A DNA stretch of 64,000 bases, taken from positions 1,302,001 through 1,366,000 of the forward strand of contig JAWMAR010000327.1 in the NCBI GenBank assembly GCA_036785375.1, written 5' to 3'. The stretch's first letter is position 1. Each line of letters opens with the position of its first letter. Shown piece after piece: positions 1 through 12,080 of the stretch. A program made the translations under genes and the position numbers. Source of the stretch: Leucoraja ocellata (taxonomy: Eukaryota). Under the pieces are notes generated by a model. The model saw only the letters and a program-made list of their open reading frames with translations, did no database searches and was not told the DNA's origin.

Positions 1-365
1 GCCTCAGCATTACATCCCTCTTTTTGTATACAAGCCCTCTTTAAATAAATGCTAGCACTGAGTTTGCTTTCTTTACTACCGATTCGAGTTTTGCAGATTA
101 ACTTTTTGGGAATCCTGCACCAGCACTCCCAAGACCCTTTGCACCTCCGATTTCTAGATTCTCTCCCCATTTAGAAAATAGTCTACGCCTGTATTCCTAC
201 GACCAAAATGCATGACTCCACACTTTGCTATACTATATTCCTTCTGTCACCTCTCTGCTCGCTCTCCCAACCTGGCCAAGTCCTTCTGCAGAGTCCCTGC
301 TTTCTCTACACTAGCTGCCCTTCCACCTATTTTCATATAATCTGCAAATTTGGCCGCAAAGCCTT
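1..365 (-). mobile_element. CR1-type LINE fragment (RT C-terminal region), truncated by window edge
   Basis: Reverse strand reads approximately KFAD.MKIGG...LQKDLARLGERAE...KCGVMHFGRRN..., typical CR1 ORF2 motifs, with stops and frameshifts. Confidence 0.8.
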
Positions 366-494
366 CAATATTTAATACCAACAAGCCAATGCATTTCATT
401 TAAATAGGGGTACAACGTACTCAGAAAATGGTGAACAAAGAATGTTGATGAACCTTGGTGTTCAAGCCTATAGTTCCCTAAATATAGGAACACA

Positions 495-1240
495 TGTAAA
501 TAAAGTGGTGAAGAAGGCATGGCATGCTTCCCATCATCTGACAGGGCATTGAACAGATGGATCTCAACCTGAAATGTCACCCATTCCTTCACTTCAGAGA
601 TGCATCTGTCCTGCTGAGTTACTCCAGCTTTGTGTCTATCTTCCTTAGAACATATGAGTTGGAATGTTATGTTGAAACCTAACAAAACACTGCTTATGCC
701 ACACTTGGAATATTGAGTGCACTTCTGGTCACCATACAATAGGGAAGATGTAGTCTCGCTGGAGAGAGTGCAAAGGAGATTTAGCTGGATGTTGTCTGCA
801 GTAGAGAACTTTTGTTATGGCAAGAGATTGGATAGACTAGATTTGTTTTGCTGGAGTGAAGAAGGCCGAGGAATGACTTGTTAGAGGCATTTAGATTATA
901 AATAGCAATTACAGAATAGATAACAGAGTCATTTTTTATCATTGTACCATTATGAAAAATAAGATGGCTTAGGTTTAATGTGAGACATAAGATTTTTGTA
1001 GGGAAAGTTTTGTAGACAGAATGTGGTTTATATATGGAACATGTTGCAGGGAAGGCAGTGGAATCAGATACCATCACTAAGTTTAAGAGACATTTCACAG
1101 GCATATAAATAGGCAAGACAAAGAAGGACATAGACCTAATGTGGGCAAATTAAATTTGTGTAGATGGGCAAAAAGGTCAGCATGCACATGGCAGAGCTAA
1201 ATGGCTATGTTTACGGTAATGTATATCTATGATTCTATAA
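495..1240 (+). mobile_element. Degenerate CR1 LINE 3' portion, interrupted by a Penelope-type repeat
   Basis: KVVKKA..., HLEY..HFWSP, LERVQRRF-like codons, then a CR1-like 3' UTR ending in ctatgattctat. Confidence 0.75.
555..643 (+). mobile_element. Penelope-type terminal-repeat fragment with decayed hammerhead-like motif
   Basis: ggatctcaacctGAAATGTCacccattccttc...agatgc...gctgagttactccagctttgtgtctatc is similar to the repeats at 3127-3186 and 62571-62662; CpG-decayed. Confidence 0.6.
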
Positions 1241-3025
1241 AACAAAATTATCTTTATTGAGGTGAATATTTGGTCAAACATGATATTGCAGGTTTGTTAT
1301 TAATTATTATTAAAGATAATATGCAAAATGCTATCAACTAATTAAGTTCAATGAACTAATTACGTTCATATATTTTTCTTAAATCATGAAAGGAAAATAC
1401 GCTTTTCCTGAAAAATGTAGATGTCCTTTAAGTGGTGCATGATGATGAGTCAAAAGTGATTTGAAATGTGATCAACTTTAACGTAATGAGTCTGTCCTGT
1501 TTACATGACTGCTCTTTGTGCATTCCAGACTTCTTGGAGACATTTTTCACCGGGAATTCGACAGAGTGATCATGATTTGATCCTTTAGAAACTGTGTGCA
1601 TGATGATTTACAACACAGTTCACTGCAGATCTGTGAAGGCTGGATATGCTTATATGTTCTGCCCTACAGAAAATAGTAGGGAGCTTCAAATTGGATATAA
1701 ATTATAAATAATTTGAAAGAACCAAATTAAAAATGATCACACTTTGAGAACTAGTAGAAGTAAAATATGTAGCTCTGGGTTGATTATGTCAAGATTGTCC
1801 AAAGGCAGTGACCAAGTGTCCATAAAATCCTAAATGGTTGAACTGATCCCCCCCCTTTTTTTCAGTACTGTTCATTAATATGGGCTAGCAAAAGGTCAAT
1901 TTAATAACCAGAAGGTCAACACATGCACCATTGGTGTATGGATGTTTATAGAACTGTAAAGTCATAAAAAAAAATGTAACCCTGAGGGTGGGTGACTTGA
2001 AACGGAAAGAAAAATATCACCTGCAACGGTTTCTTTCTGAACCCACACACAATCAATTTCACACAAGTGTTTAACCCAAAATCCATCATTATGCAAATAG
2101 CAATGATAAAATTCTTGCAATGTGATGCCTTAATATTAGCTTTCAGAGTGATGTCTACCTCCTACAGACTATTTTGAAATATAATCTATATTTTCTATTG
2201 ATTATTTCCATGCAGCTTTAAAAAAAAAACTAACTTAGGGTTAAGTTGGGTTCTCACTTTGTACTGACATAATGAAATGAGCATCAATAAAGCAATGTAT
2301 AATTCTTAGGTGCTGATGAGGATTAATTTTAATACGGCTCTCTTTACATTGCCTATTGTGCTACTCCTTCCACACATTCATGGTTAATTTGTTTTAGCTA
2401 TCTATTAATTCCTGTTAATATACCACAGAAACCTCCAGAAACATAATATGGAAAATTATAGAAATCTTGTTGCATTATAGTATTTTTGTATTTTGTGTTA
2501 TTCATTTAAGGGATGATTTGCATAATCCTAAAGATTACAAAATATAAATATTTTCCTTAAATTTTTCATCCAAAAAAGATATGCAGGGTTCTACATCAAT
2601 CATTTGTCTCCAAATAATAACTGTAAAAGAGTTACCAACCAAAGGAAAATAGTCATGGTAATTAACTAATGTTGTTCAAATGCTACAAATGTGCATATGG
2701 TCAAGAAAAATAATCACTTCAGAAAAATAATTTAAATTTTACTTAAATAGGTATCAGATTCCATTTAAGTTTCACTTAAGTCATCTATCAAAATCAGAAG
2801 TTATATCTGTAATATATTTTTGATAGAAGTTACCAAATGTCAAGTCCGAATAAATGCTGCCCAGAAATATTATCTTTCTGATACACTGGAATTTATCAGA
2901 AATCTAATATGTCCCATTCTTACCTTTTTCAAATCAAGAAATATTTTATATAGAGAATGATGGGTTATAAATAATAAATGTTGAGATTTGGATGGACATT
3001 GCCAGTCCAACTCTTGTATATTCTA

Positions 3026-3186
3026 AGAGTTTAAGAGGGAACTGCAGATGCTGGAGAATCGAAGGTTACACAAAAAAGCTGGAGAAACTCAGCGGGTGCA
3101 GCAGCATCTATGGAGCGAAGGAAATTATTTCCTTCGCTCCATAGATGCTGCTGCACCCGCTGAGTTTCTCCAGCTTTTTTGTGTAA
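3026..3186. mobile_element. Young Penelope-type repeat insertion forming a perfect 60-bp inverted repeat, flanked by a 14-bp TSD
   Basis: Arms 3066-3125 and 3127-3186 are exact reverse complements; TCTTGTATATTCTA at 3012-3025 and 3187-3200; 58/59 identical to 62571-62629. Confidence 0.85.
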
Positions 3187-3328
3187 TCTTGTATATTCTA
3201 TATTATTGATGCACGATAATTATTCCTAATGAATCACTAATTATTGTGACATCATTACTGACAGCCTAGTAATTCTGTGCAATTGATCATGTGCAGTTGA
3301 TTATGGGGATATTTTATTTGTAACAATG

Positions 3329-4361
3329 TAGGTATGTTGCAAAATGTACCTGAAGGTCGCTGAAAATCTGTCCCAGCCCGTGTGCGCGATTTTGGTGCCG
3401 TTTAGAGGGGGGCGGGTTTAAGACGCGATTTTCCCTAGGCTGTTCAAATCGAGGATGTTCAGCCTAGTTAATTATTAACGAAAAATCGCTGGAAGATTCC
3501 ATCGCTTGAGCTATTATTAGTTTTAAGGGCTTTATTTACTTGTTATAGTAGGTTAAAAATTAACCTCTAAACCCGCGACCACCGACAACGGGCCGGATCT
3601 CATGCAGGGGACAACGGAAGGAAGGCTGTTTATTTTTACGTTAAAAAGGGCTTCTTAAGATCCCTTTATACAAAGTTTAATGCTGCGAGTAGCTAATTTG
3701 GGGCCCATTATATCCCGCAGTATTTTTCTGGGCATTTGAGGGCACAAATCTACCGCAATGTGAACGTTCTAAACCAACGCGTTCACAGGATCCCACTGGA
3801 TTTAAATGGAAATTAATTTACAGCAATTGAACACTAAATTCCTTCCATTTGGCCTATAAATTAATGTAAATGAGATTTAAAAATCATGCTTTATTGTGAA
3901 TTATTTGTGAATATTATTTGGACACTTAGGCTATTTAAAAATGTTAATCATTTATTAAGAAATGGATAGATGTTTAGATCTAGTAATTGAAGTTTGGAAT
4001 TAGCTACAATTGGGTAACTAACTAATTATATGCTTTAATTTCAGGTCATCCAAGTAAGATTATTTTATATTTGTTTCAGAGTGCTTCAATCTATGATAAC
4101 TGAAGATTTCATTCAGTTCTCTTACTTTTTAAGAAAGTTATGGGCTTTTGACTGTCCACGATCACAGCTTTTTTGTTATGTCCATAGAAAATCAATAGGG
4201 AACAAGATGCTAATTTCCGAGTATGAAAATGGCCATAACTTTTTAAATACTTGAGATATGAAAGTGAATTAGGTGTCAAATTAAACTTATTTTTATGCTT
4301 TATCTGATGGGATAAATTGCAGACTTGATTTTTTAAATCTCAAAATTTTGTAACATTGCTA
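3329..4361. mobile_element. Non-autonomous TIR DNA transposon (hAT-like, TAG...CTA termini)
   Basis: Imperfect 17-bp TIRs TAGGTATGTTGCAAAAT / ATTTTGTAACATTGCTA (14/17); flanking direct repeat AACAATG at 3322-3328 and 4362-4368; CpG-rich left half; no transposase ORF. Confidence 0.7.
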
Positions 4362-4505
4362 AACAATGTATTACAAATATTTGATACAGTATACCAAGGC
4401 ATTAACAACCCTAAGCTAAAACGTTCCGTGCATTACTGATGCTCTGTGAAATTTTAACACTGGACTGTTAAATGTTGATTTCTTGCAACTTAGTTAGCCA
4501 AAAAA

Positions 4506-6446
4506 ACATAGTCATAGAGTGATACAGTATGGAAACAGGCCCTTCGGCCCAACTCGCCCACACCTCCAACAAAGTCCCAGCTGCACTAGTCCCACTTGCC
4601 TGCGCTTGGTCCATATCCCTCCAAACCTGTCCTATCCATGTACCTGTCTAACTGTTTCTTAAACGATGGGATAGTCCCAGCCTCAACTACGTCCTCTGGC
4701 AGCTTGTTCCATACACCCACCACCCTTTGTATGAAAAAGTTACCCCTCGGATTCCTATTAAATCTTTTCCCCATCACCTTGAACCTGTGTCCTCTGGTCC
4801 TCGATTCCTCTACTCTGTGCAAAAGACTGTGGATCTACCCAATCTATTCCTCTCATAATTTTGTATACCTCTATAAAATCCCTCATCCTCTTGCGCTCTA
4901 TGGAATAGAGACCCAGTGTACTCAATCGCTCCTTACAGCTCACACCCTCTAGTCCTGGCAACATCCTTGTAAATCTTTTCTGAATCCTTTCAAGCTCGAC
5001 AATATGTTTCCTATAACATGGCCAGAACTGAGCACAATATTCTAAATGCCGTCTCACCAAAGTCTTAGACAACTGAAACATGATCTCCCAACTACTTTAC
5101 TCAATACTCTGACCGATGAATGCCAAAGTGCCAAAAGCCTTTTTGACCACCTTATCTACCTGCGACTCGATCTTCAAGGAACCATGCACCTGTACTCCTA
5201 GATACCTCTGCTCTACAACACTATCCAGAGGCCTACCATATACTACCACATCTGCAAAACCATTCACTTTTGTATCATCAGCAAACTTGCTAATCTTGCT
5301 CTGTATGTTCTCATCCAAATCATTGATGTAGATGTCAAACAGTAACGGGCCAATTTGCTATCCATTCAGCTATCTTTCCATGGATCCCATGCGATCTAAC
5401 ATTCCAGAGCAGCCTACCATGCGGACCCTTGTCGAGTGCCTTACTGAAGTCCAGAGCTCTGCCCTCATCAACCTTTTTGGTCATCTTCAAGAAATTCAAT
5501 CAGATTTATGAGACACGACCTTTTACGTACAAAACCATGCTAACTATCCCTAATCGACCTTTGCCATCCAAATGCCTGTATATCCTATCCCTCAGAATAC
5601 TCTCCAGTATCTTACCAACTACAGATGTTAAACTCACCGGCCTATAGTTCCCAGCATTTTCCCTGCAACCCTTCTTGAAAAGAGACACAACATTTGCCAC
5701 CCTCCAGTCTACCGGCACCTCTCCTGTATTTAAGGACGACTCGTAAATCTCAACCAGGGCTCCCGCAATTTCCACTCTAGTTTCCCGCAATGTCCTAGGA
5801 TATATCTGATCAGGCCCTGGAGTTTTGTCTACCTTCAAACACGATAGTACCTTCAGTACTTTGACGGTAACACTGACTGCTCTCAAGACACTTCCAGTGA
5901 CTGCTCCAATTTCCATCGTCCTACTGTCTTTCTCCTCGGTAAAAACAGAGGAGAAATACTCATTTAGTACCTTGACCATCTCCTGTGGCTCCACACAGAG
6001 GTGGCCGCTTTGATTCCTGAGAGATCCCACTTTCTTTCTGGTTATCCTTGTCCCCCTTATGTATTTATAAAATATTTTGGGATTGTCCATAATGCTACCT
6101 GCCAGAGCTGTCTCCTGGCCCATTTTTGCCCTTCTGACTTCCTTTTTTAGTTTACTCTTAGTTCCCGATACTCCTCCAGGGATGCACTTGATCCCAGCTA
6201 CCTATACCTATTGCATGCATCCTTCTTGTTTTAGACTAATGACTCAATTTTCCTCGTCAGCCAAGCTTCCTTACGTTTGCCTGCTTTGCCCTTCACTCTA
6301 ACGGGTTCATACACATCCTCAACTTTCTTCAGTACATTTTTAGAAACATCCCACTTGGCCGATGTTCCTTTCCTCTCAAATAACCTGCTCCAGTAAACTT
6401 GAGTGAGACATTCTTGCATACTCTCAAAGTTGGCCTTATCCCAGTT
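4506..6446 (-). mobile_element. 5'-truncated, internally deleted CR1 LINE (ORF2 reverse transcriptase pseudo-ORF plus 3' tail)
   Basis: ORF fragments with KTPGPDQIYPR, DWRVANV, NYRPVSLTSVVGKILE, ISKFADDTK, LEYCAQFW, RTRGHRFKV, FFIQRVVGVWNKLP; tail ctctatgactatg. Confidence 0.95.
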
Positions 6447-7619
6447 AAACAGATGCCTTATTTAATGTTGAAACTAATCATAATCTAACTTAATATCTCA
6501 ATTGCTCCTCAGGTCAATATTGTTTTTGTGTGGTCCAATCACATGTATCAGGGATGTGCACATGCTTATATAAATCTTGTATTCTGCTTCTGAAATTACA
6601 CTCTGTAGTTTTAAAATGTTTAATTTACTATTTTCTACAGCCAAAAATCAACATTGTTCAAGAGAGTGGCAATTTGCCCCAAGTCCTTTCTCAATCCTAT
6701 CTTCGAACCAACCAACAACTGGTATATGGGAATGACTCGGGGATACTTCTTGTGATGTTCCAAATTTTCTCCTTTTTCCTGTCCTAAGTGTGAAGTTCAC
6801 ATAACCTCTGATTATTTGCGTTCATAAAGTTGAGATGAACAATTCAGTAAATTTAAGAGTTAAGTTCTATCCAGTCACCACATACCAATCTTTGATGGTA
6901 TTTTTTTTTAAATGTTCTGAGCATTTTGTTTTGCAAGCTTATCATCTTGACTTTACTTAAATGTATTAATTCTGCCTTGGTAGTTAACTTTACTGAATCA
7001 CTGTATAATCTCCTTTTGATTCATCTTTCTGTGATGCAGTACCAATGGGTTCCTTTTTCATGTCATGTACTTGTCAGTTTTAAACAATACCTTTCCTGTT
7101 GTTTCATTTTTGATATGCTGTGCAGTTTTCTTTTTGTAATTACCAGTGACATGTGGTCTGTGTTTGGTTCAACAAATTATTGGATAAACCTTGGTCTGAT
7201 TCGTAAATTGATCATGCAGATTAATCACTGAGAAAACCTGCTTTGATTTTTCAAGCATTGAGTCCTTGACACGTACATCCTGTATCACACCTGTAAGCAA
7301 TAGACAGAATCACTTGCTTTTGCTAAGTGATGCTTGTCTAGTAGTTTGCCAACCAGACCTTATATAGTCCAGCATCTGTTCACAGGAATTGACCCACAGT
7401 CTAGTTTTTTACAGTCTTAATTGATGGGGCAGCTTGATATGCCACTCACCAAACCTGGTATGTCAGACAACACTACCACCTTTCCGAAAGGTGACCTTTT
7501 ACCAGAGAATTGTACTTTAACCTAAATAGCCAATCTAAACTATACCTAGATTGAGAAATGTTCCTATGAAACTGCATGCTATCACAATTAGAAACCAGTA
7601 TTTGCATTTCTTTCGCTTA

Positions 7620-7790
7620 GAGGATGCAAATGACATTGGCAATACCATCATTCATTGTCCATCCCCATTTTCACTTGAACTGAAAAGGAATTTCAGAAAG
7701 TATCAATTGGGTGGGCCTGGAGTTCTGGTAAAGAATCACAAAATTCCTCACCTGAAGGACGTTCGTGAATCAGACGTGTTCTGACAACAA
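7620..7790. repeat. Old degenerate interspersed repeat (chondrichthyan retroelement tail-like)
   Basis: cattggcaataccatcattcattgtccatcccc...cctgaaggacgttcgtgaatcagacgtg resembles a common shark/ray repeat as I recall it; highly diverged. Confidence 0.3.
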
Positions 7791-9265
7791 GACAGCAATG
7801 TTGTGTTTACCTTTCCTGCAACTATGTCTCTGGGCCAATGGTCCCAAAATGTGATAGATACCCCTGTCACCTAATCTTACTAACTGTATTTGTAAATGGT
7901 GTCCCTTAGAGGAGTACTATCGTTTATTTCTTATATTCAATGCTATTGAGAAGTACATGGTTGAATATGTTAATGGCATTAAGCTAAAGGAAATTTTCCA
8001 TTTTATTTCACAAAATACACAAATGCTGAAAATGTAGCAAGATCTGTCACCATGCAAACCATGTGGTATAGCTACTTGTATTTGATAAATAAATATAAAC
8101 AAAATGCATATGGCTACTGCTATCCTCAGCTCTGGAAATAAGGCATAGTATGCATATTTGTTGGTGAAAATTGAATGCTAATAAATGGAGAAGCAGTTTT
8201 CCAGTAAATGTGATGCCTCATCAGAACTATCTATACTTGTGCCAGGTTTTCCGTAAACTACAGATAGAAATAGTCAATTTGCTAATCTTTCTGTCACAGC
8301 CCATTTAATAATTCATTGGTGACATGATACACAAAACGGAAAACAGTTATGAAAATCCTTTGTTTAACACAAAAGTAATTACAGTTTAAGAACATGCTTC
8401 TGTCTCTAGATGGATCTTGGCTGTGTAATGGCCAAATTGCATGTTCAACCATTAAAGCTGATAATTACAAGTCATTTTATGCTTGAATCAAGATTTTGTA
8501 TTTCACATCTATTTTTGAACCAATGATCTAATATGGGTGAAAGGAGAATGGTTTGTTCCACTGCATTTGGGGTGAACCTCTGCCTAGATAAGGCACATAT
8601 AAAAGGGTGCAGTGTCAATTGAACTATGTGGTATTGTGAAATAAGCATGAAAAAACAAGAGTTCCACTATATTTCCCTCCAGCATCCCTCCTTGCTAAGC
8701 CCCAACAAATTTCAAATCTAAGATTTCTTCAAGGCCACTTTGGTGATATCCAACGACAAAGAGTATGTTGTTGATTTCACTTGGAATCCCTTGCATTCTT
8801 ACATTGAGTAAAATGACAATATGTGGCTTCATTTTCTGAAGTTGAGTTTCTGAACTGGCTTGAAGTCTATATCTCATTGCCCTCTAAGTTTTCAGACTTG
8901 GCTGACCTGCTGCAAATTCACCACTGGATCTTCACAGCACTAGTGTAATGTGTCATCTAAATCTGGTTCTGAGAGCCCAACTGGCAGTAGTTGTTTATAT
9001 TTTTGTAGGCTGCTCCAGAGGGAAATTTAGACTTTTAGATGGAATATATCCAGGACAGTTATTCCTGGATGGGTTACAACGAAGAGCATATTTTGTTAAA
9101 AAATAAGCAACCAGTAAGTCAAATGGTGATGTTCTTTTAAAAGCAAGTCTTTATTTTTTCCTTATGATTTTTTCCCTATAACAAACCACAATTACCTGTA
9201 TGTAACTGTATCGCTTAAGCCATGGATATAGACATTAACTTTATTCCTTTTTCACTCATTTATAG

Positions 9266-9417
9266 GTACAGAACGGCATGAGCTAACATCGTGGAAGAGT
9301 TTTAATTCAATTATAAAGTATTTTACTCAAGCTTTAGAGGCACAGAACACTGAAACAAAATCTAAGCCAACAGTGATAACAAGAAGCTCCAACCGAAAGA
9401 AAAGTGAAGAATTATGA
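9266..9417 (+). CDS. FAM172A: Last coding exon of FAM172A / ARB2A (cotranscriptional regulator, AGO2/CHD7 partner)
   Basis: Polypyrimidine tract plus AG at 9264-9265, then (G)TERHELTSWKSFNSIIKYFTQALEAQNTETKSKPTVITRSSNRKKSEEL*, matching the recalled human C-terminus GTDRHELTSWKSFPSIFKFF...HEEL; tail-to-tail synteny with NR2F1 as in human. Confidence 0.92.
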
Positions 9418-12080
9418 AGCAAAAAGCCATTTTCCTGCATTTGTTTTTGCTCTGGCAGCCCCTCTATCCCTCATTAGATTGTTTTCTTTTTGGAGCAAAG
9501 GGTCATGGTGTATACATCTAAATAGCATTTTGCATTATTTCTAGATGAGCGCAACTGTCAAAGCAATATGGGTCTGCCGGTTGTGTTTCCTGTGGTCCCG
9601 AGCTCAGATTTGGTGCCACCGATCGGTGCGCAGATTAAGAGTGACAGCAGTTCTGCACAGTGCAGCGCAGAGCGGCTCTAATTGCCCTGACACAGCCCTG
9701 CACTGAGCTAATGCCATGGGGCTATTGGCTTCCCCCATGTCCTAATGCCTGCCAACTATTCTTCATTAAAGAGACAGCTTCTCTTTTGTCGACCTATGTA
9801 CAGCAGCCTTTAAAATAGCCAGAAATCACAGCTACTCAACATTTTCCCTTCACGTACTCAAGCCTTGTCATAATTTTCAAGGGATTTCAAATGCATTTAA
9901 GTCGCTAAAGATGACAGTTGTTTTTGGTGATGCCAGCTGTCACGTTTTATGTCTGCTCAAAAGTAACTTGATATTACTGAAGCGGTGTGTTTATTTTTCA
10001 AAATATATCAGAAGTACTTCTTAAAGCTCAAGGATGTTTAAAGATATGTTGGGTAAATTGGCATCACTGTGAATATCTATGTCAGTTGGCCAATAAAAAC
10101 TAAAGCAATGTTTCTCATAAAAAACACATTAATTAGATCAAATCTAAATCCAAAGGTCTGTATCCATAATGTGATCTGATTAATATCAACATATACATTA
10201 CGCTGCATCTTTTAAATGACTAGATTATTTTTAATAACTAGATTGAAGACTGTGTAGTACAAACAAGAGAGCGATAATAACCATTTTTCTCAAAATATTA
10301 AGTGGACATGATTAATTTGAAAGACCACTGTAAATGTTTTCATTCTGTGCTTGTTACAATATTTACATTTTCTTGCTTTTAACTAGTTGCTGAGAATTTT
10401 GTTTTTAAAAATTGACATTCAGGTTGGTTACTGCTGTTGAAATATGCACTTTCATTCTCGTTTTAAGTAATATTCATTGTCCTTTTCAATTAACTGCAAA
10501 TTATAACTGAATTTAAAAGATGCTTTAATAGCTCAAATGTTACAGCAAAAATAAAATTGCTTCCTAAGGGAGTAATGTTACAAATTGCAAGAACACAAGA
10601 AATTGCATGTTAATGCAAGTTTAGTTCCTGCTCCATCATTCGAACTAGAAGTTCATTTTTCAGTTTAACACTTGCTAGTTTTTGCTTGCCAGTGATTCAT
10701 TGGCTATAGAGTAGCTTGGGGATCTGCTAAAATCTAGGACACACAAAATTGTAACATTTGAGTAATGTAAAGTGTGTTTTAGGACCAACTTATGAAAATC
10801 CTTGGAGTAATTACTCATTACCTTGTTTGATCATTTGAAAATTGGAGCTTTTTGCAGTGCTTTAGAACATGCTCGAATACAAAAGAGGGAATAGATTATT
10901 TAGAATATTCAAATTCTTGTTATGCATTACATAGGTTCAAGGCAGGACAGCACAAAAATGCGAGATGAGAATTAACATACATTATTTTAATTGAATATTT
11001 AGCAATATGAAGTTTGAGAAATATGAAATAGGTGCAAAGCAGTGTACAAAGTCATTAATTCAAGTGATTTGTTCAGGTTTATAATGCTGCTAGTGTTCTG
11101 AGTGGCTGAAGAGCTTCATCAGGCTATGTGAATAGGAAAAGGGACCCAAGGGAAGCCTTTGGTAGCTGCTTTGGTGCATGTGTAGCTCCACTCCCATAGA
11201 GACAGGTTAGGAGGTTTGCTGCTGGAGCTTTGATTGGAGTTTACAGTCATTTGACATTTCCAGCACTTTCTGCCAAATGACACTGGTCCCTACAGAATGC
11301 ATGCCCTATTACCTGCCCATCCACCCCCACCCCTCTTACCCCGACATCTGACTTCATTCTTTAGGTGTACTTGGAGTTTAAATGTGGAAATTGAAAAATG
11401 AACAAAATTAACCTCAAATTCAAGCATTTCAATTGGTGATAATTTATCTGTTAATCTACATGCAAATAATTATTCTTTCACGTGGCTTTTACAATCAAAA
11501 CTTGCAGAAATTGATGATGAAATATTGGTAAACTTAAATGCATTTAATGTTATCATTATCAAGATTAAAGTAAATAATAAATTGGTATCTCTAAAAATGC
11601 CTTCAGTTGGTGGCTTAAACAATATGTTACATTCTGCAGTACATTTTTATTTTGATCTTAAACTGTTTTATTTGTAATAGCAAGTGTAACTAGTTGGATT
11701 TTGAAATATTACAGGCTTACTTTTGAAAACTATCATAAAGGAAAAAAATCATCTCGACAAGATGAAAGCTTAGGATGACTGACAGCATTAAGTGAATGGG
11801 ACCTTTCCATGCAATTGTGAATGGGGGCGATAGGGGGAAAATCTGATGGAAAATGAATTTTCAACCCAGAAACCTTCAAAGCAAAACCATGATTTTTATT
11901 TTTGATAGTTTTCAAATCCACTTATCAAACTGAAGCACTGAAATGAAAAGTTGCGTTCTCCAATGTATAAATCAACTCTTGCTTTTAATCTCGCTGTGTG
12001 ATGACTCTGATTTTAAAGCTTTTACTTTCAAATGACAATATTAAAATAAAATCTGAATCAAAATAAAGGTTTTTATCACC
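9418..12080 (+). other. FAM172A: Probable FAM172A 3' UTR; candidate poly(A) signals AATAAA at 10092, 10550, 11576, 12045, 12062
   Basis: Follows the stop codon; AT-rich and repeat-free; true 3' end cannot be fixed from sequence alone. Confidence 0.5.

Noticed and set aside
1-9265. Further FAM172A coding exons
   Set aside because: No recognisable upstream FAM172A peptide; the last intron is very long in human and probably extends beyond the window
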